Assembly (NCBI GenBank): GCA_043228905.1
Contig: JBHGNT010000014.1
Location: 15,190,001-15,254,000, forward strand
DNA from: Azolla caroliniana
Taxonomy: Eukaryota; Plantae; Polypodiophyta
Length of the DNA: 64,000 nt
Direction: 5' to 3'
Below are positions 59,132 to 64,000 of this stretch, one piece after another. The notes beneath the pieces are model-generated. The model did no database searches. It had not been told where the DNA came from and was given only the letters and a program-made list of their open reading frames with translations. Within the stretch, counting starts at the first letter, position 1; the number at the start of each line of letters is the position of its first letter. The translations under genes were made by a program, and so were the position numbers.

Positions 59132-61370
59132 TGCCCTCGAGTAAAAACATTACATTTTCTGGTGAGGTACCCAAAGCTTAGTTTGGCACAGCTCTTTAAT
59201 AGGCAAGACATTTTGCCAAGACTAAGCAGGTATCTCTGGCTTAATATTCGTGGCTCTGGATTTGGATAATTTTTATGAAGACATTGGTAAATAAGCATGT
59301 TATAATTTTTCTTTCTTTTTCTGCTACAGGAAGGCAAACAGTTGGAATCATATCTTCAGGAAAGAGGATGTGTGAAAATTGATTCTCTTATGGAGAAGGG
59401 TCTTTACAAAACGAAAGTGAAGAACAGATTCAATAAAGTGGGGTTTGTAAAGATCAGAAAAACGTAGGTTTATGATGATGTATATTAAGAAAGTTATTAG
59501 AAATTCAATTGGATTGAGTGTATATATTCAATTAGCAGGATAAAGTTTCCTGTTAAAAGTCTACACTGATAGACATTTCTCACGACCTAAAAGTCTACTG
59601 TGAATGACATCTGTCATGTCTGTATGGGAGTCTATACTGATTGACATTTCTCATGACTGAAATTGGACTTTTTGGATCTGGAGCCTTGGCTCTTACAATT
59701 ATAAATAACAACCAAGCATTGATGGAGGTAATTGGTTTTAAACATTTGACACGATAATCGGAAGACAAATCAAGTTCTCTGTTGACCGTATTCATGTGAA
59801 ATTGTTTTCTGTCATGTAAATACTTGTGAGAGAGATGTCATGTAAAAGGCAACCTTGTACGCCATATAAAATGGATGATTCCATAAAAGGAGTTACTTTG
59901 AAGTGATCAGTGATTCAACTATTTATGCTTTAAACCAATGAGAATGTATACATAGGAATCAATGGTATCTGTCACTTTGCTTGAAGGTTTATTTCTTTTG
60001 GCTCACTTTGGATGAACTTATAAAAATATGACAGGCCCCATCATCTGTGACTTCGGCACATTTTGTGTTATTTTTATTTGCTTGAAGGTTTCTTTCTTTT
60101 GGCTGACTTTGGATCATTTGAAATGATGACCCCATCATCCGCATATAATGAGTTGTCTTGTACACCCTGCAAATAGAAATTGCTGTTGGCATGTGAAATG
60201 ATATTTGATGGCTTTCTCCCCTCCCCAGTGTAGAGTAGACAAGTCCATGTACCTAATTGCAACCATCTATAAATAGTAACTGTAGATGGGTATAGGAAAG
60301 GACAATTTATCTACAGTAAAATACCAAATGCTATGCCAAAATGTTATCGTTTTCAAGATGGTTACTATTAAAAAAACTATATATCTGGGTTACAAGGATT
60401 GAATCGTGGAGCCACATAAATGCCACCAAAGCATAGTACTACCTAACTTAATCCTATAAATATGCTTCATTGCTGTCTATGATATAAATGATAGACATGA
60501 GCAAATTTTGAATAACCCCAAAATAGTGGAGATACTTTTCCATCAGCAATGTAAAAAGCTCCCTCTTCAAAGTGCTTAACAAGATAGGATTGGTCCCATC
60601 GCACTCATGATAGGCCTTCACATGAAATGCAATTGAACTTTTATCTTTCTATTTAAAAACCGACAATTGAATAAAAAGTCCTTCAGATATAATATGTGAA
60701 ATATAGCAAATTACTCATAGAAGACAGTATTGTATGTCACCATATGAGCATAGGTACAGGGCTTTTCCATTTACAAGGTTTGGCCAAAGCAAAGGCATAT
60801 AATTCAGATGTCCGTTATATGTTTAACTCTACATCATTTTCAGGTTCACAAACCAGCCTCATGCTAATCAAATAAGTAAACAGAAGTTGACGATACTCTA
60901 GTCAGAAATAGCATTATAAAATATAGTAAGTCAAAAGTGTAAATACAAATGGATTGCTAAGAAAAATCAAAACAAGTTTCTACCAAAGCTGGACCATCTG
61001 AACGTGAAATGTAGAAGGATGTCATCAGTGAAAGAAAAAGGTTGACATTTACATTTCGTGAATGGATGCCTCGAGACAAAAAAAAGTGAATGATGATGTT
61101 TTTCAGAATTTTGTTCACAAAACATCACCATCAAATGATAGGAAAGGACAATGTTCACTAAAAACCATTCTCAGGTGCCCAAATGTTAGCATTGGATACC
61201 CACCTCATAGAACATGGTTCTAGTTTCTCAACCAATTTTCATAGCATATACCTTTGAGAAGAGCCATGATGCATGAAGTAAACATCAAATTTGAGATCTT
61301 TTAAATTAACTGATCCTCTAAAGAAGATATTGATCTCTTGGCATTCCAATTTACTCCTCCATGTAGAACC

Positions 61371-63634
61371 TTACCATCGCACACCCATATATCGTCTGGA
61401 TTGTGGCAACAATTCATCCTGATAAGATGAAGCATAGGTTGGAGCAATTCCACCATGAACAAGACTTGCATTACTTATTGGAAGACTATAATCATCAGCA
61501 TAAATCTCATCAAGACCACGTCTTCCACTTCGAGTATCAATTCGATCTCTACCATTGTATGCTGAAGCAAGCTCAGGGAGTCTTCTATCCTCCCTTACTT
61601 GTGAGATTTGCAATCTCTGCCTGTAGATAGAATCCATTTCTTGTGCTGATGATCCTACTATATGGTCTCGTGAAAATGCAGGGTATAACTCATCTCTAGT
61701 TCTATAATCAACAGAGTCTATTTTTGGCACTTCTAGAAGGAATCGTGGACCTGAAGCAAGTTCAGAAATTGTAGCACTCAATCGACCATGCCGGGAAACA
61801 TCTAGTTGCGGTCTATCTTGCCCAGTCAAGTAAAGATCTGATTCATAACTAGGCATTCGGTTTCTTCCCAGTGAGAGGAGCTCCTCTGTTCTCCTGTCGA
61901 TCATCATACCACTACTAGGGATATTATAAGGATCATCACACTTTGAACGTGAACCATCAGAAGGATGAGCAAGCTCATACTTCGTACTGTGTGAAGGATA
62001 GCGCTGAATTTGCTCATCAGCAACATAAAGACCACTTGAGGCATAAATAGAGTCATACTTTGTTCTGGTAGGACGATAACGATGGGCTACCTCATCAGCT
62101 CTATATATATCATTTGATTCATATCGGGATTCGTACTTGTCTCTACTATAATCAGCTGTGCTATAACGTTTATCACTCCCTTCCATGAATCTTGACTCTG
62201 AGTATGTTGCTGGGACATCAATATGATCTCTCATAGAGGCTCCTGAACCTGTATATATTGATGGAGAATCAAGACGATCTCGCATGGATACTCCTGAGTT
62301 GACATATTTTGATGGAGCGTCATGATAGTCTCTTATAGACACTCCTGAACCTGTATATTTTGATCTGTTATCATGATGAATACTCATAGATATTGCTGAA
62401 TTTTCATATTTTGATGAGGGATTGTGATGTTCTATCATAGCCACTCTTGAACCTTCATATTTTGGTGGAGCATCAAGAGGATCTCTGATAGATATCCTTG
62501 AACGTGGTGGACTTCCTAGAGGTCCCCTTGGTAAAGGTCTAAATAGCCTCACAAGGCGGTTAACCTGGTTTAGAAGAAGCAAAAACGTATTGCTCAGAAA
62601 TCCATTAGGTCAAAATTTTCTGATTTCCATCTTATATATGGATAGTACTAACAATATAAGATCTGAAGATATGCTTAATTTCACCATTCTCATTCACACC
62701 TGCTCAGCATTTAATTCCATCTTGAATTTCCTCTTGTCTAGGTAGTTTTCTTTGATGGCAGCATTAAAGACATCTTCAGGTAAAGGTAGACAATCTTTTT
62801 GTATAGCAAATCGCACCTGTACATTGTTCATCCATCATATTATATATCATTCCACCAACATGCAATGGCCCAGCAATCTCTAATGGAATTTCTACCTCGC
62901 TCAATTTCGGCAAAAATAGACTTAATGCATTGCATACGGCCCAAATTATAGAGTATAATTATCTATGTTGTGTGTTTACAGAAATTTTGATCTATATTGG
63001 TCAATCCATAATATTATATAGCATAGCAGTACTTATCCTAAATGTTCTACAAATGACATTCATAACTCGCTGATTTCCAGCCAGCTATGGTTTAAAATTT
63101 GCACATAACCTATTTTGTATAACTTCATTTGTTCTACATCCTGTCGATAACCACAATAGCGTGCTACATTGTATTGATTACAACAATAGTGTTCTACAAT
63201 AGTCAGCTATCACAGTATATAGCATAGCAATAGTGATCATAAGGATGAACATGAGGAAAAACACGGCAAACATCTAGAAAAAATGGTACCTGCCATGGAA
63301 AAGCCCCTCCAAAAGCATCCCGCTGCCATTGATACGCACCTCGAGAAGCTGCAGTATATATACCATAGAGCAACCTTAGATCACTATCAAAGAGAAACAG
63401 TCTCATCCCTTTCTTGACTTGTTCTACACGGTTTTTCTTCCCTTCTGGAAGACCAAATATTCTATATTTGAAACAATCCATTTTAGTTGAGCTACTACAC
63501 ATGAAAATAAGGCCTGCATAGCTTGGTGTTGAACTTGAATCAATTGTCTTCGAATTCCCCCCCTTAGAATTGGGATCTTTTCTGCTCTGATCTTCCCTTC
63601 TTGGTCTGTTTCCTATGTTTCCTTTCCTTACCAT
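61371..63634 (-). CDS. DCD (Development and Cell Death) domain protein, ~551 aa; exons 63634-63290, 62816-62700, 62564-61371
   Basis: [25 protein letters not shown]...GMRLFLFD...LLYGIY...AFGGAFPWQ|VRF...CLPLPEDVF...[10 protein letters not shown]|V is the DCD signature. Two phase-0 GT-AG introns. Confidence 0.93.
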
Positions 63635-64000
63635 GGTGATAGAGTACTTACAAAATTGCTATCTGAAGATCAGGAACGAAAAAATGTGAGTTTCTTGATA
63701 CTAAACTGAAATCCATACAAATGTTGCAGAAAGATGAAATAATACAGATCCGAAACATGTGAGAAAAACAAAAGCTTGAAAACATCAAACTTTTGAGAAC
63801 GAGGCTACTCGATTAGAAAATTCAGCAGAATTTCAAAACAGTGTAACTTGTTATTCAAGTTGCAAAAAACTAGCTAATCAGACGAGAAAACTCAACAGGA
63901 TTTCCAAATGCTGAATTGTCATTTTAGGATTGCAAAGAAATTCAAAAGAGGAAGGAAAACACGAGAAAAAATCAGCGAAGATTGGGAAAGAACAGAAAAT

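Overview
Eukaryotic nuclear DNA from a plant, probably a seed-free land plant (lycophyte, fern or bryophyte). This is inferred from the 18S fragment signature and a Tcn1-like chromovirus. Bases 1 to ~51,000 are a nest of LTR retrotransposons, up to four levels deep, resolved by TG..CA ends, PBS/PPT and target-site duplications (TSDs). The nest holds several decayed Ty1/Copia elements, one intact very recent Copia (28328-33788), a deleted chromovirus, and a Ty3/Gypsy-type family with a tRNA-Trp PBS and 4-bp TSDs, present as a pol remnant, a non-autonomous element and solo LTRs. Bases ~51,000-64,000 hold a hAT MITE, microsatellites and two convergent spliced genes: one with PCH1/At2g16365-like C-terminal motifs (+) and a DCD-domain gene (-). 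Most notable: (i) a tRNA-shaped A-box/B-box module, always antisense, in the LTRs of several distinct families; (ii) a 372-bp 18S rRNA fragment inserted cleanly between two codons of a Copia RT; (iii) a phased heat-shock-element array next to the chromovirus TATA box; (iv) (C/A)CGG 4-bp target sites for the Trp-primed family; (v) a duplicated PPT bracketing a Pol C-terminal extension in a Copia clade. All coordinates and divergences were read by eye, and no database search was run.
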